A DNA stretch of 64,000 nt. It comes from an uncultured Actinomycetes bacterium. Lineage in GTDB: Bacteria; Actinomycetota; JAICYB01. Position 1 is the first letter of the stretch. Every line of letters starts with the position of its first letter. The stretch lies in NCBI GenBank assembly GCA_963766295.1, contig CAVXYW010000002.1, positions 204,297-268,296 of the forward strand, written 5' to 3'. Both the position numbers and the translations under genes were made by a program. The notes under the pieces were generated by a model. That model had not been told where the DNA came from. It saw only the letters and a list, made by a program, of their open reading frames with translations, and ran no database searches. This document shows positions 36,865 through 45,265 of this stretch, in pieces.

Positions 36865-37985
36865 TTGTGCGCAGGCTTTTTCGCGGCGCAGTTCGGCACG
36901 TCGTCCCCTTGACCGCCATCGCGGTTTTGGTCTGGCCCGGGCTCGGCTGGACGGAGAGAACCGTGGCCGGCTTGGTCCTTCTCGCGTTCTGGGCATTGAT
37001 CTATGTTCGCTACCGGCGCGCAGGTCTTGCCCAAACGGCGCTCGAATATGAGCAGCTTCGAAGTGTTTCGTGGGACGCCTTCTGGCGTCACTACAACGAG
37101 CGTGTCCCAACCATCGAGCAAGAATTCGAGATTTGGGGTCCCTACCATCAGCACCGCCACGAGATGCGTTACGACTTGGTGGCTCGCGAGGTACGAAAGG
37201 CGCTGGTGCCGGGAAACCGCATCCTGGACTTGGGCTGTGGCTCGGCCCTAGTTGCCGACCGCATCTTGGACATGGACGTCCATTACGTAGGGACCGATTT
37301 CGGCGGGCCGAACATCTCCTATGCGAACGAGAAGTTCAAAGACTCCACCAGCACCCTCCGACTTTCCTTCGCACGCTCGGACGCGGCTGCGATGCCTTTT
37401 GCCGACGAGACTTTCGACGTCGTCGTGATGAGCGAGGTGATCGAGCATCTGATCCGCCCCGAGGTCGCGGTCTGGGAGATCGCGCGGGTCCTTCGTCGCG
37501 GCGGACTATTCGTGATGACTACCAACAACGCATCCGAGGTTCCCCTGCGTTCGCCGCTTACCCATTTGTTTGCGTGGATCGAGAAAGCCTTCGGCGCCAC
37601 GTCGCCGGGGTTGATCTCTCTTCGTCCGTGGGTGTGGCCGGAAAAAGTCGACGAGAGCCTTCTGCCTAAGGGATCTTCCGATGTCTACCTCCCTCACACT
37701 CATCACATCGCTGCACAGACGTCTGCGATGTTCGAGGCAGCCGGGATGTCGACTGTCGATTGGTCGACCTTCGAGTTTCCACCTCCGCATGGCCTCACCG
37801 CGCGCGTTCTCGAGCGGATGAACGGGACGGGTCGACGCATCGTCGATGTGATCGAGGCCATTGCCAGGGCGACGCCGCTCGTTCGCCGTCTCGGTACCCA
37901 CCTTTTCATCGTCTCCCGCAAGACGAGCGCAGCATCGGCTCAATCGCCGCCAGCCGGCGTTTGGCCCGGTCCGCTCTCGGGCTGA
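36834..37985 (+). CDS. membrane-anchored class I SAM-dependent methyltransferase
   Basis: Two N-terminal hydrophobic helices (VVPLTAIAVLVWPGLGW, VAGLVLLAFWALIYV), then 'RILDLGCGSALVA', 'VVVMSEVIEHL' and 'LRRGGLFVMTTNN'. The start is uncertain and overlaps the upstream GT2 by 31 nt. Confidence 0.8.
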   Translation: MHSNAVDRYLVVRRLFRGAVRHVVPLTAIAVLVWPGLGWTERTVAGLVLLAFWALIYVRYRRAGLAQTALEYEQLRSVSWDAFWRHYNERVPTIEQEFEIWGPYHQHRHEMRYDLVAREVRKALVPGNRILDLGCGSALVADRILDMDVHYVGTDFGGPNISYANEKFKDSTSTLRLSFARSDAAAMPFADETFDVVVMSEVIEHLIRPEVAVWEIARVLRRGGLFVMTTNNASEVPLRSPLTHLFAWIEKAFGATSPGLISLRPWVWPEKVDESLLPKGSSDVYLPHTHHIAAQTSAMFEAAGMSTVDWSTFEFPPPHGLTARVLERMNGTGRRIVDVIEAIARATPLVRRLGTHLFIVSRKTSAASAQSPPAGVWPGPLSG

Positions 37986-38002
37986 GTTAGGGAGCTTCCA
38001 GC

Positions 38003-39292
38003 TCAGCGGGCAGTGCGAAGTGTGGCCAGTAGTTCGTCCAGTGGACGACGTGGCGCCGGTTCGCCGTTGCTATAACCGGCTGCCGTTGCGGTGTGCCACG
38101 CATCGAGGACGCGTGCGTATTCGTCGACATTGAGGTTCTGCGCCGTGAGCCGGCCGCCTTCGACAAGCCGACGGCGGAGTGCATCATCCGAGACTCGACG
38201 GACGGCGGCCGCGAGTCCGTCTGCATCTCTGGGCGCGACCAGCAGGCAGTTGGCCTCATCGATTAGGAATTCGCCTGATCCGCCTGTGCCCGTTGCTATC
38301 ACGGGTGTCGCGCAGGCCATCGCTTCGAGTGGCACGATGCCAAAGGGCTCGTCCCAAAGGACCGGAAAAAGAAGGACATCCGCCTCGGAGTACACCTCGT
38401 GAAGCCGCGATCGCGCGCTGTTATCGAATCCAACTCGATCTCGAAGACCGAGTTGTTCGATCCGCGAGCTTAGCTGTGACACGAACGCTGCGTCTGGAGG
38501 CCCGACGATCCGGAGCGTAGCCTGCGCAGGCAAGGAGGCCAGGGCTTCGACGGCGACTGCGACGCCCTTCCGCTCTTCGATCCTGCCTACGTAAAGCAGT
38601 CGCCACTTCCAATCTCTCTTTGCGGGACCGCGCAGCGGAAAGTCGACAGGATCGACCCCGTTGTAGGTGATCGTGGATCGCGCGGGCACCCATCTGGCTT
38701 CGTTCTCCGCCCGTCTGCGTGTTGTCTCAGAGATGTAGCAAGCCGTAGTCGAAGGCGAAGGACGGAAGTTGGTCGGAACTCCCGTCAACTTTCGTACAGC
38801 TCGACGGATGCCCGGCAGCCTTTTGAACAGATGGAGCCAACCGTCGATGTTCGGTCCATATATCAGCCAGTCGTCTTGCATGACTAGTACCAACGGGATG
38901 CCGAAATCGCCGACGGTGGTAAGCATTCCCAACGACAACGCGCCCATGTGCCAAGCGGAAATGACGTCCGGCTTGAACTCTGCGATCGCTTCCTTCAACT
39001 TGTCTTGGTTCCACCGCTCGATGCTCAGTCGTTCGCGTAGAGGAGGCCTAAGGATCTCGAAATCGCGCCAGTACAGTCGCAGGACACGCCGAACACCGAT
39101 GTCTTGTTGGTCAGCCTCAGTTGCGGACTCGAGACGCAGGTCGGAGGTGAGGATCTCAACCTGATGCCCCTTGGAGCGCCAACGGCCAACGACATCTCGA
39201 CATGACAGTTCGTATCCGCCAAGGTGATGCGGGGGATACATGTTCGAGATAACCAAGATGCGAAGGCCGGCGGCCTCCTTCGAATAGCTCAA
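38003..39292 (-). CDS. GT4 (GT-B fold) glycosyltransferase
   Basis: 'LRILVISNMYPPHHLGGYE' and the C-terminal 'FPVLWDEPFGIVPLEAMACATPVIATGTGGSGEFL'. The TTG start overlaps the upstream stop (TTGA). Confidence 0.85.
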   Translation of the reverse strand: MSYSKEAAGLRILVISNMYPPHHLGGYELSCRDVVGRWRSKGHQVEILTSDLRLESATEADQQDIGVRRVLRLYWRDFEILRPPLRERLSIERWNQDKLKEAIAEFKPDVISAWHMGALSLGMLTTVGDFGIPLVLVMQDDWLIYGPNIDGWLHLFKRLPGIRRAVRKLTGVPTNFRPSPSTTACYISETTRRRAENEARWVPARSTITYNGVDPVDFPLRGPAKRDWKWRLLYVGRIEERKGVAVAVEALASLPAQATLRIVGPPDAAFVSQLSSRIEQLGLRDRVGFDNSARSRLHEVYSEADVLLFPVLWDEPFGIVPLEAMACATPVIATGTGGSGEFLIDEANCLLVAPRDADGLAAAVRRVSDDALRRRLVEGGRLTAQNLNVDEYARVLDAWHTATAAGYSNGEPAPRRPLDELLATLRTAR

Positions 39293-40263
39293 GCTTCGTA
39301 CGCGGAGTCCGACTTACTGAGCTCGGACTCGTACCACGCGACTGTGCGTTCCAGGCCGTCTCGCAGAGTGTACTTGGGTCTCCAGCCCAGGCGTTCGCGC
39401 GCTCTTGTGGAGTCACAGAACATGCGCTGGATCTCCGTTGGCCGATCCGGGAGTGCACCTATGTCGGGTTGGATTGGATTGCCCATGACATCGAGCACCA
39501 AAGCGACCACGTCACGAATCGCGATCTCGTCGCCTCCGCCAAGATTGAAGAGCTCTCCTTCGATCCCGGGTGTGGTTGCCGCCAGTAGGAACCCGTCTGA
39601 TAGGTCGTCGACGTAGTTGAATTCCCGCGTCTGTCGGCCGCTCGTTGTCTTGAGTACCTGCTTACGTAACGCTCGGACGATGGTTTCCGGGATGATCCGG
39701 TCGGGACTTTGTGCCGGACCGTATGCATTGAAGGGACGAACCAACACTATGGGCCAACCGTGGCCCTGATGGAACATGCGACAAAAGCGTTCGGCTGCGT
39801 ACTTGCTCACCGAATACGGTGAGTTGGGGTTGACCGTTGCGTCTTCTTGAAACGGGACGTCGATGTCCCCGTAAATCTCGCTCGTCCCGGTGTTTATGAA
39901 GCGCTCGTAGCCGACGCCGTCGAGAGCCTGCAGGAGATTTACAGTGCCTTGGATGTTTGTCTGAACGCACTCATCGACCCGATGCCACGACTTTCCGACA
40001 TGGGTGTAGGCGGCCAGGTGAAAGATGATCGAAGGTCGGACTGACTTGGCCAGCGCGTCCATCGCCGAGCGATCTGTGATGTTGGCCTCGTGCAGAGTTA
40101 TCTCGTTGCGTAAGTCGAGCAGCCGTTCGGGGAAAACGGAGGACACGGCCGGCGTCAGGGCGTGCACCTCGGCCCCCTCGGCCACCAAACGACGTGTCAG
40201 ATGGGAGCCGATGAACCCCGATGCGCCCGTAACCAGGACGCTCGATTGATTTAGAGAAGCCAA
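39289..40263 (-). CDS. NDP-sugar dehydratase/epimerase (extended SDR)
   Basis: 'VLVTGASGFIGSHLTRRL' and catalytic 'YSVSKYAAE'. Start placed at TTG 40263 (13-nt overlap with the upstream gene). The ORF-track start 40341 would overlap it by 91 nt. Confidence 0.8.
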   Translation of the reverse strand: MASLNQSSVLVTGASGFIGSHLTRRLVAEGAEVHALTPAVSSVFPERLLDLRNEITLHEANITDRSAMDALAKSVRPSIIFHLAAYTHVGKSWHRVDECVQTNIQGTVNLLQALDGVGYERFINTGTSEIYGDIDVPFQEDATVNPNSPYSVSKYAAERFCRMFHQGHGWPIVLVRPFNAYGPAQSPDRIIPETIVRALRKQVLKTTSGRQTREFNYVDDLSDGFLLAATTPGIEGELFNLGGGDEIAIRDVVALVLDVMGNPIQPDIGALPDRPTEIQRMFCDSTRARERLGWRPKYTLRDGLERTVAWYESELSKSDSAYEA

Positions 40264-40958
40264 GGTGGCTTTCCGTGGTCGGCAACAGTTCGTTCGGCGA
40301 GTTCTGAGAGCTCCATGGCTTCCTTGAATGTATCCATCCACTTCCAGAAGCCGTCGTGTTCGTACGCAAACAGCTCGCCGGCTTTCGCTAACGCGGGGCA
40401 GACGTCACGTTCGAGGTCTTCGCCCTCCCAATAGTCGAAGACCCTGGGATCCATGACGAAGAAACCAGCGTTGATCCAGTGTCCTTGTATGTGCGGCTTT
40501 TCCTGGAAGCTCAACACGCGACCGTCGTCCCCGAACGTCAACGTGCCGAACTGTGATGGCAGCGGCACAACGGTCACCGTCGCCGCGCCCCCGTGCGCGT
40601 CGTGGTGCGCGAGCTGACGAGCTATGTCTATGTTCCCGACCCCATCCCCGTACGTGACAAAGAATCGGTCGTCGAGATAGTCACGACATAGTCGGACGCG
40701 TTCGGCTTTGTTCGTTTCGAGACCCGTGTCCACGACTTTTACGTCCCACGAATCTGAGGTGTCGGATGCGAATTGCTCCACCAGCTCGACCTTGTATCCC
40801 GCGGCGAGGATGAACTCTTCGTAGCCCTGACTTGCGTAGATCTCCATGACGTGATGGAGGATCGGTCGGCCGGCAACGTCGAGCAATGGTTTCGGTAACT
40901 CGAGTGTGTGTGGATACGCACGGGTACCTCGTCCGCCGCACAGGATCAAAGTCTGCAT
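40251..40958 (-). CDS. rfbF: glucose-1-phosphate cytidylyltransferase-like sugar nucleotidyltransferase
   Basis: 'LILCGGRGTRAYPHTLELPKPLLDVAGRPILHHVM', 'VTYGDGVGNIDI', 'FQEKPHIQGHWINAGFFVMDP' and 'ELFAYEHDGFWKWMDTFKE...KPPW' parallel the RfbF/DdhA blocks. Confidence 0.8.
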   Translation of the reverse strand: MQTLILCGGRGTRAYPHTLELPKPLLDVAGRPILHHVMEIYASQGYEEFILAAGYKVELVEQFASDTSDSWDVKVVDTGLETNKAERVRLCRDYLDDRFFVTYGDGVGNIDIARQLAHHDAHGGAATVTVVPLPSQFGTLTFGDDGRVLSFQEKPHIQGHWINAGFFVMDPRVFDYWEGEDLERDVCPALAKAGELFAYEHDGFWKWMDTFKEAMELSELAERTVADHGKPPWLL

Positions 40959-41014
40959 AACTTCAGGGTTGGCATGACTGCTGGACCTCCGGTCGAGCAG
41001 CTAGTCTCTCGAAT

Positions 41015-41803
41015 ATGGATAAGCGTACGTGGTATCACACCATCGAATTTCCCGATGGGACGATGACGCCGGGTTATTACGACACCCGCGAAGCACCCAA
41101 ACACGTGCCTTGGCCACCGTCACTCAGCGGAAGTCGCTGCCTGGATGTTGGAACCTTCGACGGCTTCTGGGCCTTCGAGATGGAACGTCGAGGAGCCCGA
41201 GAAGTCGTAGCACTGGATGTCGACGATCCGGACGCCCTTGATTGGCCATACGACTCCCGCCGGTCGGGGCCGGCTCAGATACGTGAATGGCGATCTGAGC
41301 GAGGGCCAGGATTCGAGCTGGCGGCTGGCGTCCTGAAGTCGAAAGTTGTCCGCGTCAACTGCTCCGTCTACGACCTCGATCCGGATATGCATGGGACCTT
41401 CGATGTCGTGCTCTGCGGTGCGCTCCTGCTTCATCTCCGCGACCCGGTGCGAGCGCTCGAGGCGATGCGGGGAGTCTGTCGGGATTCGTTGATCCTCGTC
41501 GAGGCTCTGGACCCGACCTTGGAACTGTTTACTCCTCGTGTCCCTGCCGCACGATTCGTTACCGGGACGGAGCAACAATGGTGGCTGGTTAACAGCGCCG
41601 GCCTCGTTGAGCTTGCGCGCAAGGCCGGATTTCAGGTCGAGAGGATCGGGAAGAGATTCCTAATGCCGTTCGGAGTCGGCGGCTCGTACATGAGACCTCC
41701 GCGTTTGCACTCGCTCGCCGCACGCAACCCAACTGGTCGTGGCGCCCTGCATCGCGCAATGAGAGCAACACCGCGGCCGCCGATCGACTCCGATCAGACT
41801 TAG
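41015..41803 (+). CDS. class I SAM-dependent methyltransferase (WYHTIE / CmoB-like type), paralog of 29583-30392
   Basis: 'WYHTIEFPDGTMTPGYYD', 'RCLDVGTFDGFWAFEMERRGA' (21 aa identical to the paralog) and 'VLCGALLLHLRDP'. Confidence 0.8.
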   Translation: MDKRTWYHTIEFPDGTMTPGYYDTREAPKHVPWPPSLSGSRCLDVGTFDGFWAFEMERRGAREVVALDVDDPDALDWPYDSRRSGPAQIREWRSERGPGFELAAGVLKSKVVRVNCSVYDLDPDMHGTFDVVLCGALLLHLRDPVRALEAMRGVCRDSLILVEALDPTLELFTPRVPAARFVTGTEQQWWLVNSAGLVELARKAGFQVERIGKRFLMPFGVGGSYMRPPRLHSLAARNPTGRGALHRAMRATPRPPIDSDQT

Positions 41804-42744
41804 TCGCGAGCCTTACGGCGGCCGGTCAACCGTGCCGCGACGAGATCTCGGGCGTACGACCGCCAGTGACGTGCTTGCGCGCGGTCCCGCTTTCCAATCG
41901 CGCTGGCCATGTGTACTCCGCTGCCCGCAAGGTTGAGGCCCCACCACGCGAGAGCCGCAGCACGGCCGTGCGTTCGACGATAGAAGACGATCTCGTTCAG
42001 GAAGTGCGTGCGGCGCCTCTTGTCTCCATACGCCTTTTCTCCGGAGACGTTTCCGACATGCCGAAAAACGGCACTGGGGTCGAACCAGATTTCCCAGCCC
42101 AGCGTGTGGGCGCGCCAGCACCATTCCAGGTCTTCGACGTACATGAAGAAGGTCTCATCGAATCCGCCGATGCGATCCAATGCACTGGTACGAAGAAGCA
42201 ACGACGCTGCCATCGCCCAGTCGACCTCTCGTTCTCGATCGTGCGCCCAGCTTCCTTCGAGCATCAGCGCGTCAGCCTTCTCCGGTGGAAGTCGTCCCCA
42301 TCTGAAGGCGACGTTTGCGGCAACGGAGATGGACGGGAAGGGATGTGTTGAGTGCTGAAAGGTACCGTCCGCATTCTCGAGGCGTGGTGCGATCGCTGCG
42401 GCGCGCGGGTGGCGCTCCGCAGCTTTAATCATCCGCCCGATCGCGTCCGGCGCCGGCCAGGCATCCGGGTTCAAGATCAGGATCCAAGGGGCCGAGGACC
42501 TCGCGAAGATTGTGTTCATCCCTGCACCGAAGCCCAGGTTGCGGTCTCCAGCGTCGATCTCGGCTTCGGGAACCTTTTCCCGAATGGCTTCGACCGTTCC
42601 GTCCGATGACGCATTGTCGCGGACGAGAAGACGAATCCGACAACCCTGTTCCGAGTCGAGCAGGGCCCGTAAGGCGCCCGGAGTGACTTCGGCCGTGTTC
42701 CACGTAACGACGGCCACGTCGACATCAGGTCGCTTGTTCGTCAA
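41800..42744 (-). CDS. GT2 family glycosyltransferase (rhamnosyltransferase-like subgroup)
   Basis: 'VDVAVVTWNTAEVT', 'LLVRDNASSDGT', 'NLGFGAGMN' and 'ILILNPDAW'. Confidence 0.85.
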   Translation of the reverse strand: MTNKRPDVDVAVVTWNTAEVTPGALRALLDSEQGCRIRLLVRDNASSDGTVEAIREKVPEAEIDAGDRNLGFGAGMNTIFARSSAPWILILNPDAWPAPDAIGRMIKAAERHPRAAAIAPRLENADGTFQHSTHPFPSISVAANVAFRWGRLPPEKADALMLEGSWAHDREREVDWAMAASLLLRTSALDRIGGFDETFFMYVEDLEWCWRAHTLGWEIWFDPSAVFRHVGNVSGEKAYGDKRRRTHFLNEIVFYRRTHGRAAALAWWGLNLAGSGVHMASAIGKRDRAQARHWRSYARDLVAARLTGRRKARD

Positions 42745-42811
42745 GGTCCAAGATTGTAGCCACTCGTAAGTACGTCGACCCTTTCGGGCATCGTTTTCCT
42801 AACATGTCCCG

Positions 42812-43924
42812 ATGGGGCTCCGGATAGCGCTTACGCATGCGCATTGCTGGCCCGAGGTTCGACGTGGCGGGGAGCGCTTCCTTCATGAACTTGCCTCGGC
42901 TCTCGCTCGTCGTGGTAACGACGTGACGATCATCGCGGGCGCGTCTCGTTGGTCGTTCGGACGAGAAGAAGACGTCCGGATCTTGAGGTTGAGGCGATCA
43001 GCTCGAAAGGGATCGCTCGGGGCGGAGCGAAGGTTCGGCTTGGAGGTTGTTCCATTTCTTGCCGGAGGCCGGTTCGATGTCGTTCACGCCCTGGGTCCGC
43101 GGGATGCTGCCGGTGCGCTACTGGCAAAGAAGGTGACGCGGTTCAGGACGCTGTACACGTGCCTGGGCATTCCTGTGGCGGGATTCGAGGGTCGTCCTGA
43201 CGCCGGTGCGCATAGTCGCGTCGTCGATGGCATCGACGTGTATGGGTGTCTTTCGAGATACGCAATGGAGTCTTTGCAGCGCGACTTCGGGCGCCAAGGT
43301 GCGCTGACGCCGGGCGGAGTACGACTCGATCGTTTCAGTCCTGCGGTACGTGACGAGGTTCCCACACTGCTGTACTCCGGGGCGCTGGATGTACCGAGGA
43401 AGGGAGTTCCCGTTCTGCTCGAGGCGATCGCGATCGTCGCGAAGACCGAGCCAAGCGTGAGGCTGTTGCTTTCGGGCAGCGGCGACGTGAGCAAAGTCTT
43501 GGCCGCGGCCCCGAAGGCGGCGCAGGAACGGACGGATTGGCTGGGGGTGGGGGAGCTCGAGGACCTCCCACGGCGTTACGCGTCTGCTTGGGCGACCGTT
43601 CTTCCTTCAACCGACGAGGCGTTTGGGCTGGTTGTGGTCGAATCGCTTGCGGCAGGGACGCCGATCGTCGTTTCCAACCGCGCCGCGCTTCCGGAGCTGG
43701 TCCAACCCGGCATCGGTGCTGCGAGTCCGTACAAGGACCCGGTTGCGTTAGCCCAGGCTTGCTTGGAGGTGCTGGAGCTGGCGCGTGATCCGTCGACATC
43801 GGAGCGATGCCGTGCGGCCGCCGGCCGTTATGACTGGGACCGTGTCGTCGCACCTGAGATCGAAGCGCTATACCTCGGGTCTGAACGGGACAAGGCGTTC
43901 CAGGGTGACGAGCAGTTTTCTTGA
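42812..43924 (+). CDS. GT4 (GT-B fold) glycosyltransferase
   Basis: 'LRIALTHAHCWPEVRRGGERF' and the C-terminal 'LPSTDEAFGLVVVESLAAGTPIVVSN'. Confidence 0.85.
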   Translation: MGLRIALTHAHCWPEVRRGGERFLHELASALARRGNDVTIIAGASRWSFGREEDVRILRLRRSARKGSLGAERRFGLEVVPFLAGGRFDVVHALGPRDAAGALLAKKVTRFRTLYTCLGIPVAGFEGRPDAGAHSRVVDGIDVYGCLSRYAMESLQRDFGRQGALTPGGVRLDRFSPAVRDEVPTLLYSGALDVPRKGVPVLLEAIAIVAKTEPSVRLLLSGSGDVSKVLAAAPKAAQERTDWLGVGELEDLPRRYASAWATVLPSTDEAFGLVVVESLAAGTPIVVSNRAALPELVQPGIGAASPYKDPVALAQACLEVLELARDPSTSERCRAAAGRYDWDRVVAPEIEALYLGSERDKAFQGDEQFS

Positions 43925-43930
43925 CGGTTC

Positions 43931-45265
43931 TTAGATCTTCGCTTCAGGCGTCAACGGCGAGGAGGTTTCGGCTTCTCGATCGAAGTCGATATCCCAATCC
44001 AACATGGGTCGGACGACACCGGGCCAGTCAAACGTAATAGGACCTCGTACGCCTTCTCCCTTCGTTGAATCGGAGATGTTGAATGCGACCACGTCGGGCT
44101 CGATCCAGTGTGTGGCCCGCGGTCTAATCGAGGCGAGGATCACTTCCACGGTTATCTGACCTTCGGCAAGGAAATGTCCTGGGATGGTGCACACAGTTCG
44201 CACGATTCCCGGCCGTCTTTCCGATTCGTACCAGTCTTGGCGAACCATGTCCGTCGAAGCAAAAAGGACGACGCCTTCCTCATTGAAGAACTTCAGAGTG
44301 ACAGTGGGGCCGAGTTGTCGTGCCGACGAGTACGACCAATACGTCACTTCGATCTTGATGGGTTGGGCGATGTCGATTTGATCGGACACGCCACCATCGC
44401 CGTCGATGACACGCACCGACCGTAGCTTCACGACGTCATCGCCGGGAGCTTCCTCGGGCGACCATTCTCGTGCTGCGGAAGTTCCGAGTCCGGACTCCAG
44501 ATAGGTTCGTATTACGTCCGACGCATCTCCGTCTGCTATTACGCTGCCACGATTCAGCAGGATCACTCGAGGGCACAGTCGCACGATCGAAGCCATGCTG
44601 TGCGAGACGAAAACGACGGTTCCGCCCATCGAGCTCGCTTGCTCCATTCGCCCCATGCATTTGCGCTGGAACTCGAGATCGCCGACAGCAAGCACTTCGT
44701 CGACGAGAAGTATCTCGGACTCGAGATGAGCTGCAACGGCGAACGCTAGGCGTACCTGCATGCCCGAGGAATATCGCTTGATGGGCGTATCAATGAATTG
44801 CTCGACGTTGGCGAAATCGACGATTTCGTCAAACTTTCGGCGAATCTCGGCCCGACGCATACCGAGGATGGCTCCGTTGAGGTACACGTTTTCGCGACCG
44901 GTAAGTTCTGGATGAAACCCAGTTCCTACTTCGAGTAAAGAGTTGAGCGATCCGCGGACCCGAACCTCGCCCGCGGTCGGCTCTGTGATCCGCGAAAGAA
45001 CCTTGAGCAGGGTCGTTTTCCCAGCCCCATTTCGTCCGATGAGACCTACGACCTCGCCTTGCTCCACATCGAAGGAAACATCGTTGAGGGCCCAGACATG
45101 TTCCTTCGTCTTGCGAACGCGCGAATTCTCCCGTCTTCGCAGGAACTGAGTCGCAGCTCTCGCCCCCTGTGCGACGGTGTCGCGGAGTGTGCCGTAGGGC
45201 TCTCGTTCGCCCAGGCGATAACGTTTGCCCAGCTGGTGAACGCTGACGACCGAGTTCGCGCTCAT
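43931..45265 (-). CDS. wzt: polysaccharide/O-antigen-type ABC exporter ATP-binding protein with extended C-terminal (Wzt_C-like) domain
   Basis: Walker A GRNGAGKTT, signature 'YSSGMQVRL', Walker B 'ILLVDEVLAVGD' and H-loop 'FVSHS'. About 190 extra C-terminal residues are rich in beta-type alternation. Confidence 0.9.
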   Translation of the reverse strand: MSANSVVSVHQLGKRYRLGEREPYGTLRDTVAQGARAATQFLRRRENSRVRKTKEHVWALNDVSFDVEQGEVVGLIGRNGAGKTTLLKVLSRITEPTAGEVRVRGSLNSLLEVGTGFHPELTGRENVYLNGAILGMRRAEIRRKFDEIVDFANVEQFIDTPIKRYSSGMQVRLAFAVAAHLESEILLVDEVLAVGDLEFQRKCMGRMEQASSMGGTVVFVSHSMASIVRLCPRVILLNRGSVIADGDASDVIRTYLESGLGTSAAREWSPEEAPGDDVVKLRSVRVIDGDGGVSDQIDIAQPIKIEVTYWSYSSARQLGPTVTLKFFNEEGVVLFASTDMVRQDWYESERRPGIVRTVCTIPGHFLAEGQITVEVILASIRPRATHWIEPDVVAFNISDSTKGEGVRGPITFDWPGVVRPMLDWDIDFDREAETSSPLTPEAKI

